In this document: piece after piece, positions 15,405 to 28,382 of the stretch | Position numbering within the stretch: position 1 is the first letter of the stretch | Layout: the number at the start of each line of letters is the position of its first letter | Assembly (NCBI GenBank): GCA_951406725.2 | Contig: OX597822.1 | Span: 113,584,001-113,648,000 of the forward strand | Length of the DNA stretch: 64,000 nt | From: Octopus vulgaris | Taxonomy: Eukaryota | Reading direction: 5' to 3' | Notes under the pieces: model-generated | Databases searched by the model: none | Seen by the model: only the letters and a program-made list of their open reading frames with translations | Told to the model about the DNA's origin: nothing | Translations under genes and position numbers: made by a program

Positions 15405-15556
15405 ATTCTTTTACTTGTTTCAGTCATTTGACTGCAGCCATGTTGGAGCACCGCATTTAGTCGAAGAAATCGACCGCAGGACATTTTCTTTGTAAGCCTA
15501 GTACTTATTGTGTCGTTTCTTTTTGCCGAACCGCTAAGTTACAGGGACGTAAACAC
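15405..15556 (-). mobile_element. SINE family B 3' fragment
   Basis: Reverse complement of the family B 3' end (GCGGTGCTCCAACATGGCTGCAGTCAAATGACTGAAAC). Confidence 0.8.
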
Positions 15557-15764
15557 TTTGCCTTGAGGATTCAAAAACTAACACACAGAATATCTAAGGA
15601 TATATTCTTTCTCACTCTGAAGAGACTAAGCTCAGAAATATGATTTTAATGGTTATTTATATTCACTAAGCTTAACTGTAACAGCTTTACTGATAATAAA
15701 CTCTTAACTCCAATATCTCCATTCTCATATTATTCATTTTTTTATATATATATATATATATATA

Positions 15765-15968
15765 TATTTCGTCATGTTAAACCTTTAATGCCTACAAAAA
15801 ATTTTTGCTCTCCCCCACTTTTTTTCTCTCTCTCTCTCAGTCCTTTCTGTCTAAGAGCATAGGCTCGAAACGTAAAAGACTTTTCCATTCTTCCCGAGTG
15901 CTAAACTAATACACTTGCTTCTTGTTCTTACACCTGTCTTCCTCTTTTGTTTTCTGTTAATCTGAACT
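15765..15968 (+). mobile_element. PLE pseudo-LTR-like unit with a hammerhead-like motif, between (TA)n tracts
   Basis: CTTT-CTGTCTA-A-GAGC-ATAG-GCTC-GAAA-CG-TA-AAAG at ~15843-15880. Homologous to 32603-32822 and 57478-57683. Confidence 0.6.
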
Positions 15969-15993
15969 ATATATATATATATGTGTGTATATA

Positions 15994-16007
15994 TAGGGAA
16001 TGTGTTC

Positions 16008-16065
<58 letters not shown>

Positions 16066-16079
16066 GAACACATTCCCTA
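15994..16079. repeat. Perfect palindrome: unique arms around a (TA)n core
   Basis: TAGGGAATGTGTTCATT(TA)nAATGAACACATTCCCTA. Confidence 0.9.
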
Positions 16080-16288
16080 GCTCTTCTTTGTGTGTGTGTA
16101 GTTGTGTCTAAGAATATTTTTTGTAGAGGTGCATATATATATTTACGTGTGCGCGTCTACGCATGTATCTCTGCTTTTCCTGCGTGATTATATGTCTGCG
16201 TAAGTTTTACTTTTAATTTATTCTGGTTTTAGCGCATGCGTACACTTGGATACATTTTTATACATTTGGATAGATCTTTCCATAGACA

Positions 16289-17010
16289 CAGGCACGTCGC
16301 CAGCCGATTGCAACTGGGTGGGGGCTATCTTGATAGCTTGGGGGCTGGACAGAACTCTAAAAACCGTACTGTTTATAAAATTTGATTACGTTTGTCAAGA
16401 AAATTCACAACACGGACAATAAAATCAGGTTACATTTATTTAGTACAACTGCAATCTACGGCAACGCAATGGAAAAGATTTTTAAGAATTAACCTTGTTT
16501 GTAAGCGATTTGTATTTACTAAGAGATGCAAGTATCATGAGTTTTGATTTTCGCGGGTGCTTCATGTTTTGTCGACTGGGAGTCATAATTCAAGGCCGAT
16601 TTATCACAATTAACTAAATTGCTCAAAGGTTTTAAAGTATCAAGATCCAAAAATGCCTCGGAGATTGGTAGTGGACTTGCCAAGGAAGAATATATGCTAT
16701 CGTTTTAACTCGAAAACCTATTATCTAGCTCTCCCAAGCTTTCATCGATGACGGCGAAATTTTGCGGCGTAAGATTATCCAATCATCTTGTGATGGCACC
16801 AGGGTTTCAACAACATATTCTGGAAAACGTTGGGATCCGAAAAGCTATTCGATGCATGCTTTTATCAACAACATTAAATAGACTCATTTGTTTCAGAATG
16901 TCATCAAATATTAAAAAGTCTCTTAGTTTGGTTATTTCACTTTTGGCAAGCTTAAGAAGCTCAAGGCCATGGTGTATATCACAACTGTAACTCTGAAGCT
17001 ATTCGTCTAC
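16289..17010 (-). mobile_element. hAT-superfamily (Tip100/ZMYM1-like) transposon remnant
   Basis: TIR-like CAGGCACGTCGCCAG at 16289. Minus-strand peptides LQSYSCDIHHGLELLKLAKSEITKLR and FAVIDESLGELDNRFS, with stops. Confidence 0.55.
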
Positions 17011-18749
17011 TGACCTAATTATATGAAAATAATTACTAAGAACAAGGGCTAAAAAAACAAACATCTTGAAACGAACTTAGGGTCAGTACTCTGGTCCTAT
17101 ATTCGGATCCTTCACCAAACTTTGATGCTTAGGGTGGCTTCAAAACGATCTGTGTAGGTACTGAAGTTCGCAGTAACAATTTCTTAAAATTTATGTATTT
17201 TTGAATTCAGGTCAAGCAAATTTTTTCAACAATTTCTTCAAAGTTATGCCTTTTTAATTAAACTCAAAAATATTTCAGTATAAATTTTCGGAAAATATGC
17301 TCAAAGAGAAACAAAAATTATTCTGTGAATCTTCTCAGAGAAACAGAAATAAATGGAATGATGACAATGATGTAAAAAGAAAATGAATGGAAACTGAAAA
17401 AGACTAACGGTGACTAACCTATGACTGATGTTAAGAAGTGGAAGTAATACCAATTCAATGAGAACATGGGTCCGTAAGTTTTTATAGTTAATGGCCATTT
17501 TTTATAAGGTCATTTTCTTTCCTGTACACAAGACAAATTCAATGAATACGGAGATTTGTGCATCTACATATGGTATGTAATTGACTGTAGAATTATAAAA
17601 AAATTATGCAGGCATACTAAGCTCCGTATTCATCGCAATTGTCTTTGATACGCAGTAAAACATTTGTAATCCAGCGAAGTGATCCCGAAATCGGATGAAT
17701 TACAGTAAGACTGCTTACTTTAAGTGTTTTTTAGGTGCTCCTAACAACTCGATGCAGTTAAACAGAACCCGGATGATAAGTGAGTGTCAACATGATATCT
17801 GCCTGGATACTTTATCCCTATGTACTCAATATGTGTGCGTGCGTGGAGGGTAATATTGTTAATAGAAATAAGAATATGCTCAACACAAAGTTAAAAAGGC
17901 TAGATCTGTTGTATCCATAAAGACACACGTGTGTATGTATAAACAATGAGTGTATGAGTGCTTTTGTTTTTATGTATATGTAAGCCTGCATTTCAAGCGT
18001 GAGGGTGAGGGAGTGCTTTGAGTGTGCATAAATGTGATTTTGAAACATTCATTTGATAACTTCATTACTACAATGATTATTTGTGGAAAACAACTCGTCC
18101 GTCCTCTTTAACACATCATTCTAGTTCTAATTCTAATTTTAACACATTACTTTAATTCGGACATCATCATACATTCCATTATGTTCATTGGCATATTTAT
18201 TTTTCTCCTGATTAATAATGGCTGAATGTTGTTTACTTGAATGCAAAATCCTCTAAGGCCCACTTTCCCATTTGGAAGACATCAGCTTAACCTTTGATCA
18301 TAGTCGCAGTCATGCCTCTAAATCCCACAGCATCACCAGCAGCTACATTAACACTACTGCTACCATGCCTTTGTCACCTTCTGCTCTTATTGCTGTCGTT
18401 GTTGTTATTGCTGTGTTTCTTTCTTCTTCCTCTTTGCCTAATCGCAGTGCCTCTTTCTTTTCTATCATTTGTTTTTTTTTTTTTCCATTCTTTATTTTCT
18501 CTTGTTCTCCTCACATTATGAAAATATATGGATGGCCGTTTTTGAAAAGTGAAATTATTAACTCAGAGTACACTACCATCTCTTCCTCTCACTCCCTTTC
18601 AAGCAAACCACACCTCTATCAGTCTTCCACTCTCACAACCTACATCACATCTTTTCTCTCCCTCTCCATCTCTCGTTGTTCACTCATTTGTGTGTGTTTG
18701 TGCGTATGTATACACACACACACACACATTATAAATATATATATATATA

Positions 18750-19070
18750 CAACTTATAAATAAGGGCAAACGAAAAAAATTCTAATGTCAAAATATGCCG
18801 AAACTTGGACATAATGTTCATTTACCATATAATGTTTTTCCCAGTACGCACGCTACCCGAAAAAGGTCGACAGAAATCTCTAAAAAATTCCATTATTACC
18901 ATATCGGACCGATTTCAGGGTTAGTTCGAAAAGAACCCTCCCTTCGTCAGTGATACATGTGGCAAAGAAGTAAATGAGATACTTACTCATACCCATGGAA
19001 GAACCAAACACTAAGTCATGAGCACAACTAAGTACCCCCAAATAAATCCAAAATAGAAATACTCCAGCCC
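18750..19070 (-). mobile_element. PLE pseudo-LTR-like unit in (TA)n
   Basis: Flanked by TA tracts and contains the near-canonical hammerhead at 18901-18956. Confidence 0.6.
18901..18956 (-). ncRNA. Minimal type I hammerhead ribozyme candidate
   Basis: Minus strand reads GUAUCA-CUGACGA-AGGG(..GUUC-UUUUC-GAAC..)CCCU-GAAA-UCGG-UC-CGAUAU. The core is intact, with one mismatch at the base of helix I. Confidence 0.6.
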
Positions 19071-19086
19071 ATATATATACATATAT

Positions 19087-19139
<53 letters not shown>

Positions 19140-19206
19140 CATATATTTATATATATATACATATATATACATACATATATTTATATATATATATATATAT
19201 ATATAT

Positions 19207-20170
19207 AGCAATAATAATTCTCTAAATGAGATATAGACAGTGACTGCTCTATAACATAAGGGACATTAGCCAACTGAATATGGCTAGGGACAGGGCAGGG
19301 TGGTGGGGGTGTCACTGTTGCATTTAGCCCCAGGCGAACATCAACGTCACCAGATAGGCCGACGCCATCACGGCGTCCTCTATCTTGCAAAGGAGATCAT
19401 TCCCCAAGAAGCGGATGCCACACACGGACCTATGTTTCAAGGTGTATTGCCTATTATCAACGTATGGTAGGCACCGCTTCTCGACGAACAACTCACCGTG
19501 CAAGATATATATAAAGATTTTCGAAATCAGTAAATGTATTTACTTGAAAATCTTTATATATATCTTGCACGGTGAGTCGTTCGTCGAGAAGCGGTGCCTA
19601 CCATACGTTGATAATAGGCAATACACCTTGAAACCTAGGTCCGTGTGTGGCATCCGCTTCTTGGGGAATGATCTCCTTTGCAAGATAGAGGACGCCGTGA
19701 TGGCGTCGGCCTAGTTGGTGACGTTGATGTTCGCCTGGGGCTAAATGCAACAGTGACACCCCCACCACCCTGCCCTGTCCCTAGCCATATTCAGTTGGCT
19801 AATATCCCTTATGTTATGGAGCAGTCACTGTCTATATCTCATTTAGAGAATTATTATTGCTGTCGAACAGATTTTCGAAATCAGTAAATGTATTTACTTG
19901 AAAATCTTTATATATATCTTGCACGGTGAGTTGTTCGTCGAGAAGCGGTGCCTACCATACGTTGATAATAGGCAATACACCTTGAAACCTAAGTCCGTGT
20001 GTGGCATCCGCTTCTTGGGGAATGATCTCCCTTTGCAAGATAGAGGACGCCGTGATGGCGTCGGCCTATCTGGTGACGTTGATGTTCGCCTGGGGCTAAA
20101 TGCAACAGTGACACCCCCACCACCCTGCCCTGTCCCTAGCCATATTCAGTTGGCTAATGTCCCTTATGTT
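19207..20170. repeat. Fold-back plus tandem array of a 354-bp unit inside (TA)n
   Basis: 19207-19522 is the reverse complement of ~19546-19861. The unit start AGATTTTCGAAATC recurs at 19515 and 19869. Copies are near-identical. Confidence 0.9.
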
Positions 20171-20178
20171 GGTATATT

Positions 20179-20248
<70 letters not shown>

Positions 20249-20288
20249 CATATATATATATATATATATAACTATATGTATGTATATA

Positions 20289-20345
<57 letters not shown>

Positions 20346-20351
<6 letters not shown>

Positions 20352-21074
20352 GAAAGTAAGAAGAAAAAAGCGAAAATGCATATTGAATATCAAAAAATAA
20401 AGGCGATTTTTATGAAAAGTAGCGATTAATAAATACAATTAGATGAACTGAGGTAGAATTAAGAGGAATTAAATTCATTATTTTGAATTGTTAAAGAGAT
20501 TCGATGTCAAACCGGTATCGTCATCGCTGTTCACTGGCTTTGAATACGCACCGATTATCAAGCGGTGTCGGGTTTACTGGTCCCTGAGTAAAAAGATTGT
20601 GTAAGGGAGGTAAGTAGGTCTGGACGTGATGCAATTAGGATCGATATAATACTGTAATATGAATGGTATAAGGAATGTATGGGTATTAGTGGCATTATTG
20701 GTAAGGTTAGCAGTGTTCTGCAATATGTTGCATTCTGTATTATGCTGTGGATGATATTTATTGATGAAAGCTGCTTTTTTATTCATTCTTTGCTGTACTG
20801 CGGTGTTCTGCGAACATTGATAGAAGGGGAAAATTAGGAAATTAGGATTAAGGTTCCTTGCACGCCTATCTATGTGTTCACTGACCTGTATCTGTCTGCA
20901 TTGTAGGTGGCGGATTTGGTCTTTGTGAAGAGTGGTTCTTCGAATCGCTACTTTTCATTAAAAAAGCCTTTATTTGTTTTGATATTCAATGTGCATTTTC
21001 GCTTTTTTATTCTTACTTACCCCATATCTTTTCCACGTGTAGTTTCTATTTTCTCTTTTAAAACATATTTCTAT

Positions 21075-21078
<4 letters not shown>
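20346..21078 (-). mobile_element. 5'-truncated Penelope-like element with GIY-YIG C-terminus and inverted partial pLTR
   Basis: Minus strand 20940-20740 reads RTTLHKDQIRHLQCRQIQVSEHIDRRARNLNPNFLIFPFYQC..RMNKKAAFINKYHPQHN. 20346-20427 is inverted relative to 20943-21027. TA flanks. Confidence 0.8.
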
Positions 21079-21119
<41 letters not shown>

Positions 21120-21826
21120 TATTTATACATTTACACATATTATTTATACATTTACACAACGAACATACAGCGATTAACTTACGTCTTGTGTATTTGAAAA
21201 GCTGATATCAATGAAAGCTTACACAAAACTTTTGTAGCATCAAGTCTGTGATAATCTACTAATCCGTTTCTTAAAATATTTTTTATATAATTAATAATTC
21301 TTGATTTAAGATGATTGCTTTTCAAAAACAAAGCACGTGCATTGGCTATATGTGTTCCATAATATTTACATCGCTAGTGTCACTTCTAATTCGTATTTCA
21401 ATTTATTCTTATGTACGCATCTTCGGAGCATACCAACATATGGTTTGTTACACTCTTTGTATATAGTCATGGGCTGGAGATCTGTTTACCTCCAATTCGG
21501 TTCAGGTACATGATGCTGATAAGCCACTACAAATGGTGAAACACCGCTCCTTAACGGGACTTAAGGCGAGTTGTTTCACCTGTCTGTAACTTTCAGACAC
21601 TTTAACACCTAGCACATTGAGGGAGCATTTCCACCGTGCTATGCGGAAGCCTACCGGCGAACAAACGAAATCACATGTACTTGGTATCTGCGTTCGATTA
21701 TATATATATACATATATAAAACTATAAATTATTACCTTTGTATGGTATTTATTCGCATGCTGGCTACTTGATAAGATCGATATTTAAATATCGATAATAC
21801 CCTTATTTATAAATTTATATACATAC

Positions 21827-21861
<35 letters not shown>

Positions 21862-22728
21862 CACAAACACACTGCTGGAGATATTCCATTCGAACCGTGA
21901 CCATTTCAAAATTGTTTCAGAAATATTTAGGACTATGCTATCCAATGTCTGCTCCCTTCTTTAAAATAAGAAGATGTAATTTAAGGGGTATTTGGCAGTT
22001 AGAGATTTCCGTTGTTGGATGGGAAGTTCATGACTTGTTGACGGGTGGATGCTTTTTATTTGATTGATATAAATGATGGCTGTATCTGTTAGACCAGTAG
22101 GAAACAGTGGGAGCTCTATCAAGCAATTTAGGACAATTCCTGGTGTGTTTGTGCTTTTTTTTTTATAGAATCCTAATTCTTTAAAATCCTAATTCATTAA
22201 AATCTTAATTAATTGAAATCCAAGTTCATTAGTATATAAACACTACGGATAAAGTTAATATATTAAACATTACAGTTAATATTCAAATCTTAATATCTAA
22301 TTAAGCGTATTTTAAGAATACGGTAAATGAATATGAGTAAATATGCTATAAATAATATTAAAGCATAAATTTGTAAAAATCCTTAATAAATGTTTGTGCT
22401 TTTGATTGTGCTGTGTGTGTCGGTATATATGTCTGTGTGTGTGTCTGTTTCTCTTCTCGTTTACTCTTTCTCCCTCCCCCGCTTTCTCTCGCTCTCTCTC
22501 TCTCTGTATATGAGAGGTGTGTGAATAGAAACCTCCATAAACAACATAAAAAAACCGCAAATCCATATAATTCATATAAATGTCTACATTAATTATAATA
22601 GCATGAAATAAAGTGTAGCTGTTGCTTTTACACACAACTGTAGTAAACCGTTTCTCAATGTATTTATGTATATATGTGTATATGTATACATCCATGTGTG
22701 TGTGTGTGCGTGCGTACGTGCATGCGTG

Positions 22729-22794
<66 letters not shown>

Positions 22795-25700
22795 TGAATA
22801 TGTTTTGTGTGTAAAGAAGACAGATAAATGTTTGCAATTTTACTTTCAAGCTCGTGCACCTGTTCCTATGTATGTCTGTGTGGAGATAAGTAGTTGGCTC
22901 TGTCGGTTCATCTCCGATGCTATGCGTACGTGTGACCGTAATAACGATAGTTTGGTAACAAATCAAAAGCCATAAAAACTGTAATGGAATGGCGATGAAA
23001 AGTTGACCTCAGCCATAATGAATCAGCTGGCAGAACGCATCAGCGGTTGGTCGAGAGGACTCGGCAGAGCATACGTGTGAACTTCCGCTACACTGAAACA
23101 GCCATATTAGAAACGGACTGCCTCCTGCTGGCAATTGGCTAGTTCACAGAACACTCTCCACTCCATCTTATTCACCTATGATGCAATGCGAAACAGCTAA
23201 GGAAGCATACATCCTGTGAATAGCTCCATTTTTTTTTATTCCACGTTTTCTCAGACATTTTTCTTTCTTTGACTTTGTACTTATTGTGAACCATATATCA
23301 TTATGATTGTATCTCCCGTTCTGTTCACTTGCAAACTTTATCATTTTCCATACATCAACTTATTTGTTGTGCATACTTAAATATAAATACCCTATATATG
23401 TATGCATATTTCTCTACTGCCTTTACTTTCTTTTGAGATGCGCTACAATGATTTCAAGAACAAGCGGTACCCTAAGGGCACCTGCTGGCTTCCACCACAA
23501 CCAAACTGTCATTTTAACTTAACGTCTGCAATTCTTTAAACCAACTTTGACTTAGCTGTAAGCTATACAAAACACTTCCGGCTGAAAGCAATTAAAAATG
23601 GCGCTTGCCGATGTGTATATTTTTATATCCTCATATTTTCAATTTTCAATCTCTTCTCGAACTGTCAGATGGCAATTTTATGCATTTTAAAGATATTAAT
23701 GATTCGAAGCGTTCATTAAAGCCACTGTTTGTCTTCTATGAACACTCGTGCATATACATACGTACATACAACCGAGATAAGCAGATTCATGGAGCTAAGC
23801 TAGTTGGCCAAACGAGTTACTATTTCGGGACTTATCTGTGTTAACATCGTAAATCCTCAACTGAATGAATAACGAAATAGTTTTCTTTCTTTCATTGAAT
23901 ATACAAATTTGATATGATGTGTTTATGTATGTGAATGTGTGCAAATATCCTCCACATAAGGTGTATAAGATATCTGCACACATGACGCGAGCCAGGTTAC
24001 AAGCACCATAAAAGTATCATGTTTAATTATTCTATGTAACGTTGAAGTGATTTTTTTGAAGGAAGAGAAAAACAATAGATATTTATTGTAGACCTAACTA
24101 ATGACTATGAACTGTGCCTCACTCACTACCATTTTGTAAACTATCTTCGAAATTTAAATAAAACTTATTGAGATGAACTGAGAGATTATAAACTAAAAAC
24201 TGAAAAAGAAAATAATATCTATTATACACGACTGTTTACTTTCTATAATACAATTTAACTAAGTATTCTTAGCAAAGAGCTTATAATTTTTTTGGTGAAT
24301 AAATATACATTCGCACAAAATTAAAACCAGTGGATTTTTCTTCGAAATCTATTTGATTTAATACAAATGTTGATGAAGTTGATGATTTAGCTTTTCAAAG
24401 AATTTATGCAAAATAATGCTAGGAAAAATTTTGGGGAGACGAAATTTCGAAATTTTCAGAAATTTGGATGCAAAGTAATTGGAGTTTTCTCTTTTTTTAA
24501 TAACAACCATTTTTGGCGCATAGAAAGCACAAAACTTAGAATAATAGATACACAGCTCCCAAAACATGTGTGTGTGCCATATATACATGTCTGTAAGTAT
24601 ATGTATGTATATGTAAAAATTTATGAACATATATATATATATATATATATATAAACAAAATGTTGAAGAATTTCAACTTATCAATCAACGACACATCCTG
24701 GCACACAATTTGTACTGACTTTCGCAATTCTGCCAAGGCACCACCATCTTTGTATGCAACATATGTTTTCTATTTTGCCGTTTTACATTAAAGGTGTACA
24801 CCTATTGTAAAAGTTAATTAGTAATTCGTGCACAAAACGTTGCCAAATTTCATGAATAATTGAAAGTGATATTTATCAGTTTAATGCAGAAAATTTAAAT
24901 TATGAAAATATCAAAATAATGTGTATTCATATTCTTCCTTCGCGTTTTACTGGCAGCCCTTAATACATGAGCGAAGAAACACTGGAAAGAATGGCATAGT
25001 TTCGCGGTTTCGGTCAACTTTTCTTTACTTTCATTAACTTCATGTGGAAAATACTTATTCAAAAATATGATCTGACGAAATGGGTTTTTCACTAAAAAAA
25101 ACTGATGGATTCTTTTACTAAATGCTAATTGTTCGAACCGGCCAGATACCACGTTTATACCACAGAATAACAAAAAAAGGGGCTTGTCCTATGGAAACCA
25201 AAATGATTCCATCAAATCAGCAGTGTATTCCGACATTGGCAGAAACGGAATGTCTTTCAAATATCGTTAAAGCCCAAACTCCCATCTAGTTCATGGTCTC
25301 TGTGGCGTCATGAACAAGAATTTATTTTGCATATTAGACAAGTGCATCAAACAGTTTCCAAGACTGTTTGTCATGAAAACTAAAACTGAAGATGGCTATT
25401 CCACTAACAAAATAAGGGTATCAGTGGATGGAGGCCGGCAAACTTTGGTATGACACTGCGAAATTGATGTTAGATGGGCAATTCCATATTGCATACTCTT
25501 GACCAAAACATTTGATGATTTCTGCAATCCAATATGTCTCTTAATATGGAAATAAAGGATCTGAGACGACAGTGTTTCATAGGATAAAGTAAAAACATGC
25601 TGTGACAATGTCACCCAATTCCAGCAGGGACAATATATCAGCAGAAATGCGGTTTTGTGGCCTTCACTTTTTTTTATCCTTGCATGCAACAACTTGTCCA

Positions 25701-26040
25701 TATCGACAACGGTCAAAGTGTTTATTGTTTACTTCAGTCCTGTAACAGCTTCACTACGAGTACGAGGTCCACGGGGTAAAACTTGCAACCTTTTAGAAGA
25801 TGTCAACGTGGTCTCCTTGCAACGATATTGTTATATAATCAGATTTCATCATCCATGTATAAGGAATCAATGAACCGCGTGTAAAGACCAACCTGCCGTA
25901 AGCCCTGGTAATACCTTTGCATCCCAGTCAACATGTATGATTCTTTCTACGATTTCTCCTTGGAAGCGTGATATCCAAGTTCATTTCAAGATCTTCGAAT
26001 ATTCAATTGGCACCATCTACAGAGAGAGAAAGAGTGAAAG

Positions 26041-26086
<46 letters not shown>

Positions 26087-26349
26087 TTCCAGATGTTGAA
26101 ATATTCTGCCCGCTGGTCATGCAACTTTTTCGGATGCTTCTATATCTCAAACTCCGAACTGTTTTTAGGTTCTTTTAGTCATGCTATTAAAATTATTTTA
26201 AACCATTGAATCCGCTTCAGCTTTGAGCCAAACATCATAAGCAAATATTTCCATCAAGCAGAACAGATATATTAGGACTGGAAAGATGTAGAGAGAAAGG
26301 AAGTGAAAGAGTGCACTGATGTGACTTTTTGAACTTTAGATGTGGTTCC

Positions 26350-27070
26350 TTGAAGTACCACTTCGTACTTACAAAACGTAACAGTCCCTATTGCCTAGCC
26401 AGAAATATGAATCATTAGAGAAGATCGACTCACAGAACTCAAAGAATTTTTACGAAAATAAAAGTTACCACCCCACTTATAGAAAATAGTATAAAATATG
26501 CAAAACAAATATCTATAGCACAAATTCGGGCAACCGAGGAAGAGTTACACAAAGCCAGGATAGTAGTTTCTGTTGTGACACATAATCCACGTAATCAGAA
26601 TATATTAACGTTGCTAAAGAAAACTTCTCGATTATCAAACAACTTATCAAAGTATTTAATTTCTAAGAGAATGTTTATCCAAAGCAAACAACAACCGAAG
26701 AACTTGAAACTATTGTTGACAAAGGTAAAGCATAAGCTAAAGAGCAACGACAAAAACTTCATAGTATCCAATTGCGCAAGTAGTAATCGTTGTGATGCAT
26801 GTCGGTTTTTACATGTTCGTCATTGCATCAACACAAAGACCGGAAGAAAAATATTTACAAATGCAAATACGAACTGCAAAAACAGAAATGTAATTTACCG
26901 TATCAAATATCCGAATTATGAAGAAATATTAGCCAGACTGGAAATTCATTATCAGAGGGCCTGCAAATACACCAGCTGCAAATTAGAAAGAAATCCCAAT
27001 AAGTAATCATCAGGAAATATAATAAGATCTTTTTTTTTTTTCATTTAGGGTTTTCCCATTTTATAAAATT
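26350..27070 (+). pseudogene. Penelope-like element ORF remnant (RT thumb, linker and GIY-YIG endonuclease)
   Basis: TKRNSPYCLAR..RLTELKEFL..THNPRN..SKQQPKNLKLLLTK..C..NRCDAC..NCKNRNVIYRIK..ISQTGNSL..FRVFPFYK, with frameshifts and stops. Confidence 0.8.
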
Positions 27071-27156
27071 TAGGATTCAAGTAAAGTAAAAAGCAAGGTA
27101 AAAGAAACTAATTTTATTGAAGTTTAAAACCAGCTCTGAATGTATAATACTTTGTA

Positions 27157-27973
27157 AAGGTGGCGAGCTGGCAGAATCCTTAGCACGCCGGGCGAAATGC
27201 GTAACCGTATTTCGTCTGCAGTTACGTTCTGAGTTCAAATTCCGCCGAGGTCGACTTTGCCTTTCATCCTTTCGGGGTCGATAAATTAAGTACCAGTTAC
27301 GCACTGGGGTCGATGTAATCGACTTAATCCGTTTGTCGGTCCTTGTTTGTTCCCTCTGTGTTTAGCCTCTTGTGGGTAGTAAAGAAATAGGTATTTCGTC
27401 TGCCGCTACGTTCTGAGTTCAAATTCCGCCGAGGTCGACTTTGCCTTTCATCCTTTCGGGATCGATAAATTAAGTACCAGTTACGCACTGGGGTCGATGT
27501 AATCGACTTAATCCGTTTGTCGGTCCTTGTTTGTTCCCTCTGTGTTTAGCCTCTTGTGGGTAGTAAAGAAATAGGCATTTCGTCTGCCGCTACATTCTGA
27601 GTTCAAATTCCGCCGAGGTCGACTTTGCCTTTCATCCTTTCAGGGTCGATTAAATAAGTACCAGTTACACACTGGGGTCGATGTAATCGACTTGATCCCT
27701 TTGTCTGTCCTTGTTTGTCCCTTCTGTGTTTAGTCCCTTCTGTGTTTAGTCCCTTCTGTGTTTAGTCCCTTGTGGGTAGTAAAGAAACAGGTATTTCGTC
27801 TGCCGCTACGTTCTGAGTTCAAATTCCGCCGAAGTCGACTTTGCCTTTCATCCTTTCGGGGGTTGATTAAATAAGTACCAATTACGCACTGGGGTCAATA
27901 TAATCGACTTAATCCGTTTATCTATCCTTGTTTGTCCTCTCTGTGTTTAGCCCCTTGTGGTTAGTAAAGAATT
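27157..27973 (+). mobile_element. SINE family A tetramer
   Basis: One head and four body units joined at GAAA(T/C)AGG(T/C)ATTTC. TSD ATGTATAATA(C/A)TTTGTA at 27140 and 27974. Confidence 0.9.
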
Positions 27974-28288
27974 ATGTATAATAATTTGTATTTAACTTTA
28001 TTTATAAATAACATTAATCCGAAAATTATTGTGATGCCGTAGTATGGAGATTACCTCCCCTTTAACTATAGTAAGATTATCTAGTTGTAGTTACCGACGC
28101 CATGTCTGTATTATTAAATAAAACCTATTTTGAGATAGGAAATTTCTTCTAAAGAGAAAATTTTTTAAAATCAAATGAGAAAATCCCTTTATTTTAGTAT
28201 TTGATTGATTCTAATATGTTATATCTGCAAAATGTCACACACTGCTAGGTATACTGTAAGTGTGTGTGTACGCGTATGTGCTTGCGTT

Positions 28289-28330
<42 letters not shown>

Positions 28331-28344
28331 TGTTTGTGTAAGTG

Positions 28345-28382
<38 letters not shown>

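Noticed and set aside
18272-18763. 163-aa ORF with a hydrophobic stretch
   Set aside because: Low-complexity CT/TTG-rich sequence with a non-ATG start and no domain.
19181-20359. Repeated ORFs [10 protein letters not shown]...
   Set aside because: By-products of the inverted/tandem 354-bp unit; the frames differ between copies.
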